A stretch of 39,827 bases of DNA from the UHGV virus genome UHGV-2125590; one strand, given 5' to 3'. Numbering within the stretch: the first letter of the stretch is position 1; every line of letters begins with the position of its first letter. Of the stretch, positions 8,936-17,843 are shown one piece after another. The stretch is from a virus. The notes under the pieces are model-generated. The model saw only the letters and a program-made list of their open reading frames with translations. It was not told the DNA's origin and did not search any database. The translations under genes and the position numbers were made by a program.

Positions 8936-9634
8936 ATGGAAAGTAATATCAAAGGGTTAGTTTCCGCCGGGCATGAGATGGCTTCGGAACTGAAAGCAGA
9001 ATGTGGTGCCGTTGATATGCGCAGTGTGGCAAAGCTGATCAGCGATTTGGCAACGCAACTGGAAGTGCAACTGGTGCGTGCTAATGCGATGGCCGAAGAC
9101 CAGCAGAAAGCGATTGAGTCAATTAAGCAGGCTGATTCGGCTGTTAAGTTGGCACACGAGAAGTTTTCGGAGCTGGCAGCGGAGAATGCGGCGCTGAAGG
9201 CCGGGGCTATGTATTTCTCATATGGCTCTGAATTTAGTTTCGAGTGTCACAAAACTGCTGAGGAGGCTATCGCTGCTGCTGAGGCTGCAATTGACGACTA
9301 TAGAGGCGATGCTTGCGATGGATGGAGCGAAGAGGTCGAAAGCATTTGCTGGGGGGTAATTATTCAGCAGGCAACCAAGGTCGGTGAACGCAAGAAGAGG
9401 AAATGCGACAGAGTATCACCATGGATTGAAAGAGTTTGTGATTATGAGCTTCGACCTAATGTCGAAACCCCAGCCACCGATGCTTTCCTGGCTGAAATTG
9501 AACGCAAAGCAATCCGCAAGTTCATTAACAGCATTGAACACATCCTGCGTGACAAGTTGTCACCGTATGACACCGAAGAGATGCTTGAGGCTATGCGTAT
9601 TTTTCTGGAAGAACAGGGAGGTGAGCAAAAATGA
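8936..9634 (+). CDS. Ea22-like early protein
   Basis: 232 aa coiled-coil-rich N-terminus; GAGGG RBS; typical lambdoid Ea22-type composition. Confidence 0.45.
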   Translation: MESNIKGLVSAGHEMASELKAECGAVDMRSVAKLISDLATQLEVQLVRANAMAEDQQKAIESIKQADSAVKLAHEKFSELAAENAALKAGAMYFSYGSEFSFECHKTAEEAIAAAEAAIDDYRGDACDGWSEEVESICWGVIIQQATKVGERKKRKCDRVSPWIERVCDYELRPNVETPATDAFLAEIERKAIRKFINSIEHILRDKLSPYDTEEMLEAMRIFLEEQGGEQK

Positions 9635-9948
9635 CGATCACAAAACAACGTGTAGAAGAAATCATATCCCGTATTGAAATGTATGGTCATGGTGCCGGGT
9701 ATACCGCTGATGAGGTTTATGACCTTGCTGTACTGGCGCTGAATTTATCAAATATCGCAAAACTCAAGCGATACGAGCTTGATATGGATGGTTGTGACTC
9801 GTTCGGTCAGGATTGTGGCGCTGACATGACTGAAGATTCTGATGGCGATTATGTCCTGTTTGATGACGTGGTTAAGTTGTTTGAGTTTGATACAACCACT
9901 CAGAAGTTAGAAAGCCCAGCAAAGGAGGCAACCAGTGAGCAAGATTGA
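9631..9948 (+). CDS. hypothetical protein
   Basis: 105 aa; GGAGGTGA RBS; start overlaps upstream stop. Confidence 0.5.
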   Translation: MTITKQRVEEIISRIEMYGHGAGYTADEVYDLAVLALNLSNIAKLKRYELDMDGCDSFGQDCGADMTEDSDGDYVLFDDVVKLFEFDTTTQKLESPAKEATSEQD

Positions 9949-10507
9949 CTATCAGGCACTGCGTGAGGCGGCAGAACGTGCAATTCCGGCAATGGAACGC
10001 CTGTTAATGTTGCCAGTTGATGATGATTTGTTAAGTGAACAGGAACTTAAGGATTACGGTGTGGATATTGATGCGCTCAACGCCTTCAAATTTCTGACCG
10101 GACCAGAAACCGTGCTGGCGCTGCTGGATGAACGGGAAAGAAACCAGCAATACATCAAACGCCGCGACCAGGAGAACGAGGAAATTGCGCTAACGGTAGG
10201 GAAGCTGCGCGTTGAGCTGGAAGCTGCAGAGAAGCGCATTGCAGAACTGGAAGCCGAACCTGTAAGCCAAACTTACAAGTTGAACGAGCTGTCGGGCAAC
10301 TATCCGGTAACTCCGGATGGTTGGATAAGCTGTAGTGAGCGAATGCCCGCTCAAGATGATTGGATTTTAATTTATTCAAAGCACGGCGAGTATATGGCAG
10401 GACAGGTACAAGGGGAATACGTGGAGTTGAGCGACGGCACTTTATCGTGGTTAGGGAACGCCTTGTACTGGATGCCTCTACCGGAACCGCCGCAGGAGGT
10501 TAATTGA
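9935..10507 (+). CDS. Ead/Ea22-like protein with DUF551-like C-terminal domain
   Basis: GTG start with AAGGAGG RBS; DYQALREAAE N-terminus and C-terminal WISCSERMP...W motifs. Confidence 0.6.
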   Translation: MSKIDYQALREAAERAIPAMERLLMLPVDDDLLSEQELKDYGVDIDALNAFKFLTGPETVLALLDERERNQQYIKRRDQENEEIALTVGKLRVELEAAEKRIAELEAEPVSQTYKLNELSGNYPVTPDGWISCSERMPAQDDWILIYSKHGEYMAGQVQGEYVELSDGTLSWLGNALYWMPLPEPPQEVN

Positions 10508-10701
10508 TGGTCTCCTTCGCGAAATATACGATTATTGACTGGATAGCATTCATTCAGGTTTTGCTCATCTGGTTTTATATGGCTTACAGGAGTGGACAGT
10601 GGATTGTCAGTGTAGCCTGTAGCAATGGATGGCGTTGGTGGAACCGAAAGAATAAAAAAAGCGCTGGCCTTGGCTTCGTTTTACGAAGCATTCAATCTTA
10701 A
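10507..10701 (+). CDS. small hydrophobic membrane protein
   Basis: 64 aa; ATG 10507 after GGAGG; hydrophobic core IIDWIAFIQVLLIWFYMAY and basic C-terminus. Confidence 0.4.
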   Translation: MVSFAKYTIIDWIAFIQVLLIWFYMAYRSGQWIVSVACSNGWRWWNRKNKKSAGLGFVLRSIQS

Positions 10702-10784
10702 CAGTCTTCAGCCTGGTTCTGTCGTTGTAGTCACCACTCAAAGCGGCATGACGATACAAATTCACAAGCCAAAGGAGGAAGGTC

Positions 10785-11066
10785 GTGGCTAACCTGCAAC
10801 TTGCCGTTAAAGGTGAATACTTCGATGCCATGATTCGCGGAGAGAAAACGGAAGAGTATCGCCTGTGTAATGACTACTGGAATAAGCGAATTATGTTCCG
10901 CGAGTATGACCGCCTGATTATCACAAAGGGATATCCGAAGCGCGACGATTCCAGCCGCAGAATTGACGTCCCGTATGACGGATATGAAATCAAGACAATC
11001 ACACATCCGCACTTCGGCGATAAACCGGTAAAGGTGTTCGCTATAAAGGTGAATATTGATGGCTAA
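10785..11066 (+). CDS. ASCH/DUF3850-like domain protein
   Basis: 93 aa; GTG start with AAAGGAGG RBS; GEYFDAMIRGEKTEEYR pattern resembling ASCH-fold proteins. Confidence 0.45.
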   Translation: MANLQLAVKGEYFDAMIRGEKTEEYRLCNDYWNKRIMFREYDRLIITKGYPKRDDSSRRIDVPYDGYEIKTITHPHFGDKPVKVFAIKVNIDG

Positions 11067-11397
11067 ATCAGCAGCAGAGCGCAAAGCCGCTCAGAGAGCC
11101 AGACAAGCTGCATCTGGTGTGCGTAAGCTGGAAATTGTGCTTGATGCTCAGGAAATTGAAATGCTGGAGCGTAACTGTGCCACGCGTCGCCCCGGGCGTG
11201 CGCCTTACGAATTTGGTGAGTATATAGCGTTACTGATCCGCCAGGATGATGCACGCGTGCGCGGGCGTATAAAATCGATCAGCAGAAAATGTTGCGGTAA
11301 GTGCGGCGAGAGAGTTCCAGTTAATTCATGCCCGTGTAATGGTGACTCGCAATGCTGGGTGACTAAAGGCTGGCATGAAACGAAATTAATAGTGTGA
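11059..11397 (+). CDS. hypothetical protein with basic N-terminus and Cys-rich C-terminus
   Basis: ATG 11059 with AAGGTGA RBS; C-terminal CCGKCGERVPVNSCPCNGDSQC. Confidence 0.5.
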   Translation: MAKSAAERKAAQRARQAASGVRKLEIVLDAQEIEMLERNCATRRPGRAPYEFGEYIALLIRQDDARVRGRIKSISRKCCGKCGERVPVNSCPCNGDSQCWVTKGWHETKLIV

Positions 11398-11405
11398 CAT
11401 GTCAC
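11394..11405. repeat. 12-bp perfect palindrome GTGACATGTCAC (copy 1 of 3)
   Basis: Exact string; flanked to give 14-mer TGTGACATGTCACG; between early genes and terS. Confidence 0.9.
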
Positions 11406-11414
11406 GAAGGTGTT

Positions 11415-11627
11415 ATGCCAAAAATACGCTACGACCTTGAAGATATGAGAGATAACTCAGCAAATTTTCCGAAAGAGGTTAAATTTCTCATGCATAAGTA
11501 TGGTTGCGCCAGGAGGGATATAGTTATCGACAGTCAGCACCCTTGCGGCGAGGATGTAATTTTCATTCGCGGTAAATGGGAAGGGTATCTTGACGAGAGT
11601 TTTTACGATGAATTTGATGGACTTTGA
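11415..11627 (+). CDS. hypothetical protein
   Basis: 70 aa from ATG 11415 (AAGGTG RBS); GTG start at 11394 lies inside the palindrome and is less likely. Confidence 0.4.
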   Translation: MPKIRYDLEDMRDNSANFPKEVKFLMHKYGCARRDIVIDSQHPCGEDVIFIRGKWEGYLDESFYDEFDGL

Positions 11628-11669
11628 ATACTGCCGCCAACTATGGCGGCTTTATTTTGCATGTTACTA

Positions 11670-11684
11670 TTACCACAACGGTAA
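11670..11684. promoter_or_regulatory. perfect TTACC-N5-GGTAA palindrome upstream of terS
   Basis: ATTACC-ACAAC-GGTAAC; imperfect second copy at 11686-11700. Confidence 0.5.
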
Positions 11685-11701
11685 CTATTACCACGGTGGT
11701 T

Positions 11702-12298
11702 ATGATGCCTGCTGAACCTAAAACCTATAAACGCAAATCAACGCAATTTAAGCCGCTCACAGCAATGCAGGAGGCTTATTGCCAGTCATACATCAAAACG
11801 CCTGAAAACCAGACTCAGGCAGCGATTAACGCAGGATTCTCCCCAAATACAGCGGCAGTTAAAGCCAGTGTCATGATGCGCGATGAACGCATTCAAAAAC
11901 GGATTGCCGAGCTGATGGAGGAGCGCAACAAACGAATGCGCGTCAGTGCTGATTACGTTCTCATGCGCCTGGTGGAGATCGATCAGATGGACGTGATCGA
12001 CATCCTCAACGACGATGGGAGCCTTAAACCAATCCGTGAGTGGCCGAAAATCTGGCGCACTACGCTTAGTGGCTTTGATCTGTCATCGACCATCATGAAC
12101 ATGAACGAGGATTCGATAGAGACAATCCTCAAAAAAATTAAATGGCCTGACAAGGTGAAGAACCTTGAGCTGATTGGTAAGCATGTTGATGTCAACGCGT
12201 TCAAAGAACGTCTGGATGTTAATGTGAATGTGACAATTGCTGATCGCATAGCAGCAGCCAGGAAGCGACTCAAAGAACGTCAGGATGGTAATCAGTGA
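11702..12298 (+). CDS. terS: terminase small subunit
   Basis: Immediately upstream of and overlapping TerL; start moved to ATG 11702 because the ORF-track N-terminal extension contains the palindromic motif and low-complexity sequence. Confidence 0.6.
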   Translation: MMPAEPKTYKRKSTQFKPLTAMQEAYCQSYIKTPENQTQAAINAGFSPNTAAVKASVMMRDERIQKRIAELMEERNKRMRVSADYVLMRLVEIDQMDVIDILNDDGSLKPIREWPKIWRTTLSGFDLSSTIMNMNEDSIETILKKIKWPDKVKNLELIGKHVDVNAFKERLDVNVNVTIADRIAAARKRLKERQDGNQ

Positions 12299-13770
12299 CA
12301 GATACAGCGTTATCTCCTGAAGAGCAGTTGATCGAGGATATTGCAGGGTTCACTCACGATCCGCTTGGCTATGCCCTCTATGCGTTCCCGTGGGGGGAAG
12401 AGGGTACTGAACTGGCACATGCCACCGGTCCACGTCAGTGGCAGGCCGATGCGTTCCGAGAGATACGTGATCACCTGCAGAATCCAGAGACGAGATATCA
12501 GCCGCTTATGCTGGCACGTGCTTCTGGTCACGGTATTGGTAAATCCGCATTCATCTCAATGCTGATCAACTGGGGCATGTCCACTTGCGAGGATTGTAAG
12601 GTCGTGGTGACCGCCAACACCGACAACCAGCTACGAACGAAGACCTGGCCGGAAATTATCAAGTGGTCGAACCTTGCTATCACGAAAGACTGGTTTACCT
12701 GTACCGCTACCGCGATGTACAGCAATGACCCTGGGCACGACAAGCGGTGGCGTGCTGACGCAATACCCTGGTCTGAGCACAACACTGAGGCGTTCGCCGG
12801 ACTACACAACGAGCGCAAACGCATCATCGTGGTGTTTGATGAAGCGTCGAACATTGCGGATCTGGTGTGGGAAGTTGCCGAAGGTGCGCTAACGGACGAA
12901 GACACTGAGATTATCTGGGTGGCGTTCGGAAACCCGACGCGTAATACCGGACGTTTCCGTGAATGTTTCCGCAAGTATAAACACCGCTGGAAAACTGCGC
13001 AGATTGACAGTCGGACGGTGGAAGGTACCAACAAACAGCAGTTGCAGAAATGGGTTGATGACTACGGGGAAGACAGCGACTTCGTTAAAATCCGTGTGCG
13101 TGGCATATTCCCTGATGCATCTGAATTGCAGTTTATCCCTACCGGTCTTACTGACGAGGCAATGAAACGGGTGGTAACCGCTGCGCAGGTTGCACATGCT
13201 CCGGTGATAATCGGCGTTGACCCGGCATACTCCGGCGTTGATGACGCTGTGATATACCTGCGGCAGGGGCTACACAGTAAGGTGCTGTGGACTGGCAACA
13301 AGACTACCGACGATCTGATTATGGCGAAGCGTATCGCTGACTTTGAAGACCAGTATCAGGCTGACGCGGTGTTCATCGACTTCGGTTACGGAACCGGTTT
13401 GAAGTCAATCGGTGACGGCTGGGGTCGTACATGGCAACTTGTTCCGTTCGGTGGCGCGTCTACTGACCCGCAGATGCTTAACAAGCGTGGGGAGATGTTC
13501 AACTCATGTAAGACATGGCTGAGGCTGGGCGGCATGCTGGATGACCAGGAAACAGCGGACGACCTGTCGACGGCAGAGTACAAAGTTCGCGTGGACGGTA
13601 AAATCGTTATCGAACCGAAGGAAGATATCAAAGAGCGACTTGGGCGTTCGCCGGGGAAAGGCGATGCGCTATTGCTGACGTTTGCTTTCCCGGTCTCGAA
13701 ACGCATAAATATACCTGGACAGCAAAGCCAGCAGGGAAGGGCCATAACGGATTATGACCCTTATGCTTAA
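12295..13770 (+). CDS. terL: terminase large subunit
   Basis: 491 aa; Walker-A-like ARASGHGIGKS; size and position typical; GTG start overlapping terS stop. Confidence 0.85.
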   Translation: MTDTALSPEEQLIEDIAGFTHDPLGYALYAFPWGEEGTELAHATGPRQWQADAFREIRDHLQNPETRYQPLMLARASGHGIGKSAFISMLINWGMSTCEDCKVVVTANTDNQLRTKTWPEIIKWSNLAITKDWFTCTATAMYSNDPGHDKRWRADAIPWSEHNTEAFAGLHNERKRIIVVFDEASNIADLVWEVAEGALTDEDTEIIWVAFGNPTRNTGRFRECFRKYKHRWKTAQIDSRTVEGTNKQQLQKWVDDYGEDSDFVKIRVRGIFPDASELQFIPTGLTDEAMKRVVTAAQVAHAPVIIGVDPAYSGVDDAVIYLRQGLHSKVLWTGNKTTDDLIMAKRIADFEDQYQADAVFIDFGYGTGLKSIGDGWGRTWQLVPFGGASTDPQMLNKRGEMFNSCKTWLRLGGMLDDQETADDLSTAEYKVRVDGKIVIEPKEDIKERLGRSPGKGDALLLTFAFPVSKRINIPGQQSQQGRAITDYDPYA

Positions 13771-13820
13771 TCCGCTGGTGGGGATAATACTGCTGATATC
13801 CTCTGGTGAGGATAAAACAA

Positions 13821-13840
13821 AGCCAGCTCATCGGCTGGCT
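13821..13840. terminator. bidirectional hairpin terminator between terL and the minus-strand moron
   Basis: AGCCAGC / GCTGGCT stem; T-rich on both flanks. Confidence 0.4.
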
Positions 13841-13844
13841 GTTT

Positions 13845-13856
13845 GTGACATGTCAC
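13845..13856. repeat. 12-bp palindrome GTGACATGTCAC (copy 2 of 3)
   Basis: Exact string; same 14-mer TGTGACATGTCACG as copy 1. Confidence 0.9.
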
Positions 13857-13860
13857 GGTG

Positions 13861-14235
13861 TTATTGCTCGCTTAACTTCTGCTTCAGCAAGTAACCTTCG
13901 AGCATCCAGATTTTGTTTACAGCATTCTGCCGGGCAATCTTCCGACCAATTTCTGCATCAAAGTTTTCCGGGCTTGCACAGGCACTCTCTCCGGTAACGG
14001 TGAAGCCATTCTTCAGTACCAATACGCAGAAAGTGAGAAGGTGCAGAGCATCAGGGGTGGCTTCGACATAAGGCTCCGGATTATAAATAAGGTCATCTTC
14101 TTTAGCCTGGTGGTCACCCTGCGCAGCAGTGAAAAAATGCTCACTGCAAATGAGGCCTTCAATTTTCTCGGGTGTTACACGCGGAGCGGTTTTGCCTTTC
14201 TCAACGATTTCTTTTTCGATTTGCTGGTCGTTCAT
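13861..14235 (-). CDS. phage gp49 / Sf6 gene 66-family protein (moron)
   Basis: 124 aa on the opposite strand to the late operon; family recalled from prophage annotations, not verified. Confidence 0.5.
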   Translation of the reverse strand: MNDQQIEKEIVEKGKTAPRVTPEKIEGLICSEHFFTAAQGDHQAKEDDLIYNPEPYVEATPDALHLLTFCVLVLKNGFTVTGESACASPENFDAEIGRKIARQNAVNKIWMLEGYLLKQKLSEQ

Positions 14236-14346
14236 AATCTCACCTTAAAAAAATGCCCGGCGAACCTGGCGAACTGGAAGCAATGAGTTATGCCTTCCGT
14301 GGCTGTACGGGTTTACAGCATGAAGTCATCGCAATGGCGTCCTGCT

Positions 14347-14390
14347 GTAAAAAGGGCGGTGATAGTCCTTCAAGGGAAACTATCACCGCC
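14347..14390 (-). terminator. strong rho-independent terminator downstream of tRNA-Arg
   Basis: 12-bp stem GGCGGTGATAGT / ACTATCACCGCC followed by T-run on the minus strand. Confidence 0.55.
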
Positions 14391-14433
14391 AAGCACCTGG
14401 AACTTCTGGCATCACGGTCCTTAGGCGTGATTC

Positions 14434-14510
14434 TGGCGTGGCATGCAGGATTCGAACCTGCGACCAACCGCTTAGAAGGCGGTTGCTCTGTCCAACTGAG
14501 CTAATGCCAC
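14434..14510 (-). tRNA. tRNA-Arg (anticodon UCU)
   Basis: 77-nt cloverleaf derived by hand: acceptor GTGGCAT/ATGCCAC, D-arm GCTC/GAGC, anticodon stem ACCGC/GCGGT with loop CT-TCT-AA, T-arm GCAGG-TTCGAAT-CCTGC, encoded CCA. Confidence 0.85.
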
Positions 14511-14832
14511 AACGCTGAGAGCACTTAGCCTGTTAAGGCGCCACACTTTGTCGCGGCTCCATAAATGCTCTCATCGTTGTACCCTCGTCTCTTCCGAGGC
14601 GTCACACCGAATCGCCGGGATGGTGAATCCCCGTGCGCGGAATAAAACCGCTCGACTTGCACATTCCGGCTACCTGGTTCGTTTGCCCGAGCAAGGGAGG
14701 GTGCCCCTTAAACGTATCCAGACCGCTATCGGCGCATGTGCCATACGCCGTACTGCTCAAAATAAAAGCTCACTCCACCTGTTCAATTTAACGACAAGCC
14801 AGTCAGGTTAATAACCGGAATGAACCCTTTGC

Positions 14833-14847
14833 TTACCTGAAAGGTAA
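14833..14847. promoter_or_regulatory. perfect TTACC-N5-GGTAA palindrome upstream of the portal operon
   Basis: TTACC-TGAAA-GGTAAT; TATGTGGTT at 14891-14899 downstream. Confidence 0.5.
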
Positions 14848-14937
14848 TAATTTGTGCGTTAAATGTCAACTATCTACGATAAATAAATCATATGTGGTTA
14901 AATTGGTAATAATTTAATTGCGTACGGAGTCATTGAT

Positions 14938-15144
14938 ATGTGCATGGGTAGCTCACCGTCAGTGCCTGCAACACCAGAAGTTCAGGCAGCACCACAGGAG
15001 CAGGATGCCGCCGTTGTTGATGCCCGCGACGAAGAAACTCGTCGCCGTCGCGCTGCTGCTGGTCGTAGTTCTACGCTGCTTACCGGTTCTCAGGGCGACA
15101 CATCAACCGCTAATACCAGCGGTAAAACGCTACTTGGTCAGTAA
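14938..15144 (+). CDS. hypothetical small protein preceding portal
   Basis: 68 aa; GGAG RBS with the same CCGGAGTCATTGA(A/T)ATG context as the portal start. Confidence 0.5.
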   Translation: MCMGSSPSVPATPEVQAAPQEQDAAVVDARDEETRRRRAAAGRSSTLLTGSQGDTSTANTSGKTLLGQ

Positions 15145-15158
15145 CCGGAGTCATTGAA

Positions 15159-16838
15159 ATGGCGGAAACAACTAAAGAGCGATTGAACAAACAGTTCGCA
15201 CAACTTGAAAGCGAGCGTCAGTCGTTCGAGCCGCACTGGCGCGAGTTGAGTGATTACATCAACCCGCGTGGTTCCCGCTTTCTGACTTCTGAGGTCAACC
15301 GTAACGATCGACGCAATACACGTATTATTGATTCGACCGGGACTATGGCGGCGCGCACTCTCGCCAGCGGCATGATGTCAGGCATCACAAGCCCCGCGCG
15401 TCCGTGGTTTCGCCTGGCTACGCCAGATCCTGAAATGATGGATTATGGCCCTGTTAAGTTGTGGCTTGAGGCGGTGCAGAACCGCATGAACGATATGTTC
15501 AATAAGTCGAATCTCTATCAGTCGCTGCCGCAGTTATACGGAAGCCTCGGCACATACAGCACTGGTGCAATGGCAGTGCTGGAGGATGACGAGGACATCA
15601 TTCGCACAATGCCATTCCCGATAGGCAGTTACTACCTGGCTAACTCACCTCGTGGCAGTGTGGACACCTGTTTTCGCAAGTTCTCTATGACTGTTCGTCA
15701 GCTTGTTCAGGAGTTCGGGCTAAATAACGTCAGCGAATCCGTAAAAAGCATGTGGGAAAGCGGAACCTACGAGAAGTGGATTGAAGTGATGCATTCGGTT
15801 TACCCGAACATTGACCGCGATACATCGAAGCTGGATAGCAAGAACAAGCCATTCAAATCGGTTTATTACGAGGTTGGTGGCGATAACGACAAGTTGTTGC
15901 GTGAGTCCGGATTCGATGAGTTTCCAATTATGGCTCCGCGCTGGGAAGTTAACGGCGAAGATGTTTATGGATCATCATGCCCGGGTATGCTGGCGCTTGG
16001 ACCTGTTAAGGCATTGCAGCTTCTCCAGAAGCGCAAGTCGCAGTTGATTGATAAAGCCACCAATCCGCCGATGGTTGCTCCGACTTCCCTCAAGAATCAG
16101 CGTGCCTCCCTTCTTCCTGGCGACATCACGTATATCGATCAGATTACTGGTCAGGATGGTTTCAGGCCTGCTTATCTGGTTAACCCCAGTACAGCAGATT
16201 TGGTGGCAGACATTCAGGACACCCGTCAAATCATTAACAGCGCCTACTTTGTCGATCTGTTCATGATGTTGCAGAACATCAATACCCGCTCGATGCCTGT
16301 TGAAGCGGTGATCGAAATGAAAGAAGAAAAACTTCTGATGTTGGGGCCGGTTCTGGAGCGTCTGAACGACGAATGTCTTAATCCTCTCATTGACCGCGCT
16401 TTCTCGATGATGGTGCGTAAAAACATGCTGCCGCCACCGCCTGACGCGATGGAAGGTATGCCCCTGAAGGTCGAATACATTTCCGTCATGGCTCAGGCGC
16501 AGAAGTCTATCGGTCTGTCCAGTCTGGCGTCTACGGTCAACTTCATTGGTCAACTTGCGCAAGCGAAACCAGAAGCTCTCGACAAACTCAACGTTGATCA
16601 GGCGATCGATGCATTCGCTGATATGTCCGGAGTGTCTCCAACCGTCATTGTTCCGCAGGAACAGGTTGAGCAGGCTCGCCAGCAACGGGCACAGCAACAA
16701 CAGCAGCAACAAATGATGGCGATGGGGATGGCGGCGGCACAGGGTGCCAAGACGCTAAGCGAAGCTAAAACTTCGGATCCGAGTGTTTTGTCAGCTATGG
16801 CGAATGCAGTTAGTGGTCAGGGTGGGCAATCACAATGA
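15159..16838 (+). CDS. portal (head-to-tail connector) protein, T7/epsilon15-like
   Basis: 559 aa; position after terL; N-terminal pattern recalled from podovirus connector proteins. Confidence 0.75.
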   Translation: MAETTKERLNKQFAQLESERQSFEPHWRELSDYINPRGSRFLTSEVNRNDRRNTRIIDSTGTMAARTLASGMMSGITSPARPWFRLATPDPEMMDYGPVKLWLEAVQNRMNDMFNKSNLYQSLPQLYGSLGTYSTGAMAVLEDDEDIIRTMPFPIGSYYLANSPRGSVDTCFRKFSMTVRQLVQEFGLNNVSESVKSMWESGTYEKWIEVMHSVYPNIDRDTSKLDSKNKPFKSVYYEVGGDNDKLLRESGFDEFPIMAPRWEVNGEDVYGSSCPGMLALGPVKALQLLQKRKSQLIDKATNPPMVAPTSLKNQRASLLPGDITYIDQITGQDGFRPAYLVNPSTADLVADIQDTRQIINSAYFVDLFMMLQNINTRSMPVEAVIEMKEEKLLMLGPVLERLNDECLNPLIDRAFSMMVRKNMLPPPPDAMEGMPLKVEYISVMAQAQKSIGLSSLASTVNFIGQLAQAKPEALDKLNVDQAIDAFADMSGVSPTVIVPQEQVEQARQQRAQQQQQQQMMAMGMAAAQGAKTLSEAKTSDPSVLSAMANAVSGQGGQSQ

Positions 16839-17131
16839 CAGATTACGAAGACGATCAACTGAAAGAAGAAAACGCCCGTAAGCAACGTGACATGGCACAG
16901 CGTGAAATTGATGACATTTGCTTTGTCATGAGCAGTGAACAGGGGCGTCGCGTTGTCTGGTCGGTGCTGGAGAAAGGTCGTGTGTTTTCCGCTATCTCAC
17001 CGATGGATGCTATGGCAATGGCATTTAATGAGGGGCAACGCAATCTGGCGCTGGAACTGTTTCAGCGCGTTATGGCGCATTGCCCTGAACAGTATTTGAA
17101 GATGGCCAAAGAGGCCAGTGAACAGGAGTGA
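16835..17131 (+). CDS. hypothetical head-assembly protein
   Basis: 98 aa; ATGA overlap with portal stop. Confidence 0.5.
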   Translation: MTDYEDDQLKEENARKQRDMAQREIDDICFVMSSEQGRRVVWSVLEKGRVFSAISPMDAMAMAFNEGQRNLALELFQRVMAHCPEQYLKMAKEASEQE

Positions 17132-17133
17132 TC

Positions 17134-17829
17134 ATGAATTTATTTGAGCGTTTGCTGTATCGCCGTCTTTGCAATGAGCAACCAGTCGATGGTGGAGCAG
17201 CTCCGGCTGCGTCAGAACCGTCAGCGCCTGCAGGTGATAACCCTGCTCCAGTTGGTGATCCATCACAACAGGAAGGTGATAAGCCACAACCTGTTTCTGA
17301 TGGCGATAAACCTGCTGATGACAAAAAGCCTGAAAACGATAAGCAGGATGAAAAAAAGGGCGGCGATAAACCAGAGGGTGCGCCTGAGAAGTACGAGTTT
17401 CAGGCTGCCGAAGGCGTAGAGCTGGATACAGAAGCGTTGAAGGAATTCGAGCCGGTGGCGCGAGAACTAAACCTGACCAACGAGCAAGCGCAAAAGCTGG
17501 TTGATGCTTATCCGAAGATTCTGGCAGGTGTGCAGCAGCGCCAGGCAGAAGCCTGGCAGAAAACAACCGAGCAGTGGGCTGCTGATGTAAAAGCTGACAA
17601 AGAAATTGGTGGCGACAAGTTGATTTCTAACCTTAGCGCCGCACAGCGTGCGCTTGACCAGTTCGGGACACCCGAGCTCAAAGAATATCTGAACACCACC
17701 GGGCTGGGTAATCACCCTGATCTGGTCAAAACGTTCGTGAAAATCGGAAAGGCGATGTCTGAAGATGGCATGGTCACCGGTGGTAATGAAGGCCAGCGTA
17801 GTGCGGCCGAAGTGCTCTATGGCAAATAA
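17134..17829 (+). CDS. scaffolding protein
   Basis: Pro/Asp/Lys-rich low-complexity N-terminal half then helical segment; between portal and capsid genes; ATG 17134 with GGAG RBS. Confidence 0.6.
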   Translation: MNLFERLLYRRLCNEQPVDGGAAPAASEPSAPAGDNPAPVGDPSQQEGDKPQPVSDGDKPADDKKPENDKQDEKKGGDKPEGAPEKYEFQAAEGVELDTEALKEFEPVARELNLTNEQAQKLVDAYPKILAGVQQRQAEAWQKTTEQWAADVKADKEIGGDKLISNLSAAQRALDQFGTPELKEYLNTTGLGNHPDLVKTFVKIGKAMSEDGMVTGGNEGQRSAAEVLYGK

Positions 17830-17843
17830 GAGAGGAAATGACA

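Noticed and set aside
11394-11405. CRP binding site interpretation of TGTGACATGTCACA
   Set aside because: CRP half-sites TGTGA/TCACA need a 6-bp spacer; here the spacer is 4 bp.
11624-11701. N-terminal extension of terS given in the ORF track
   Set aside because: The extension encodes low-complexity TITTTVTITTVV and contains the palindromic operator-like motif; ATG 11702 is the more plausible start.
14253-14504. 83-aa plus-strand ORF
   Set aside because: It overlaps the minus-strand tRNA-Arg and its 12-bp-stem terminator; no RBS; almost certainly non-coding.
14548-14811. 87-aa plus-strand ORF in the region next to the tRNA
   Set aside because: Highly basic, low-complexity translation, no RBS, in a GC-rich structured non-coding stretch.
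15975-16712. 245-aa minus-strand ORF inside the portal gene (also 12528-13034, 20377-21081 and 24172-24789 inside terL, nozzle and ejection genes)
   Set aside because: Antisense shadow ORFs within well-supported genes; low-complexity translations (e.g. MLLLLLLCPLL) and no ribosome-binding sites.
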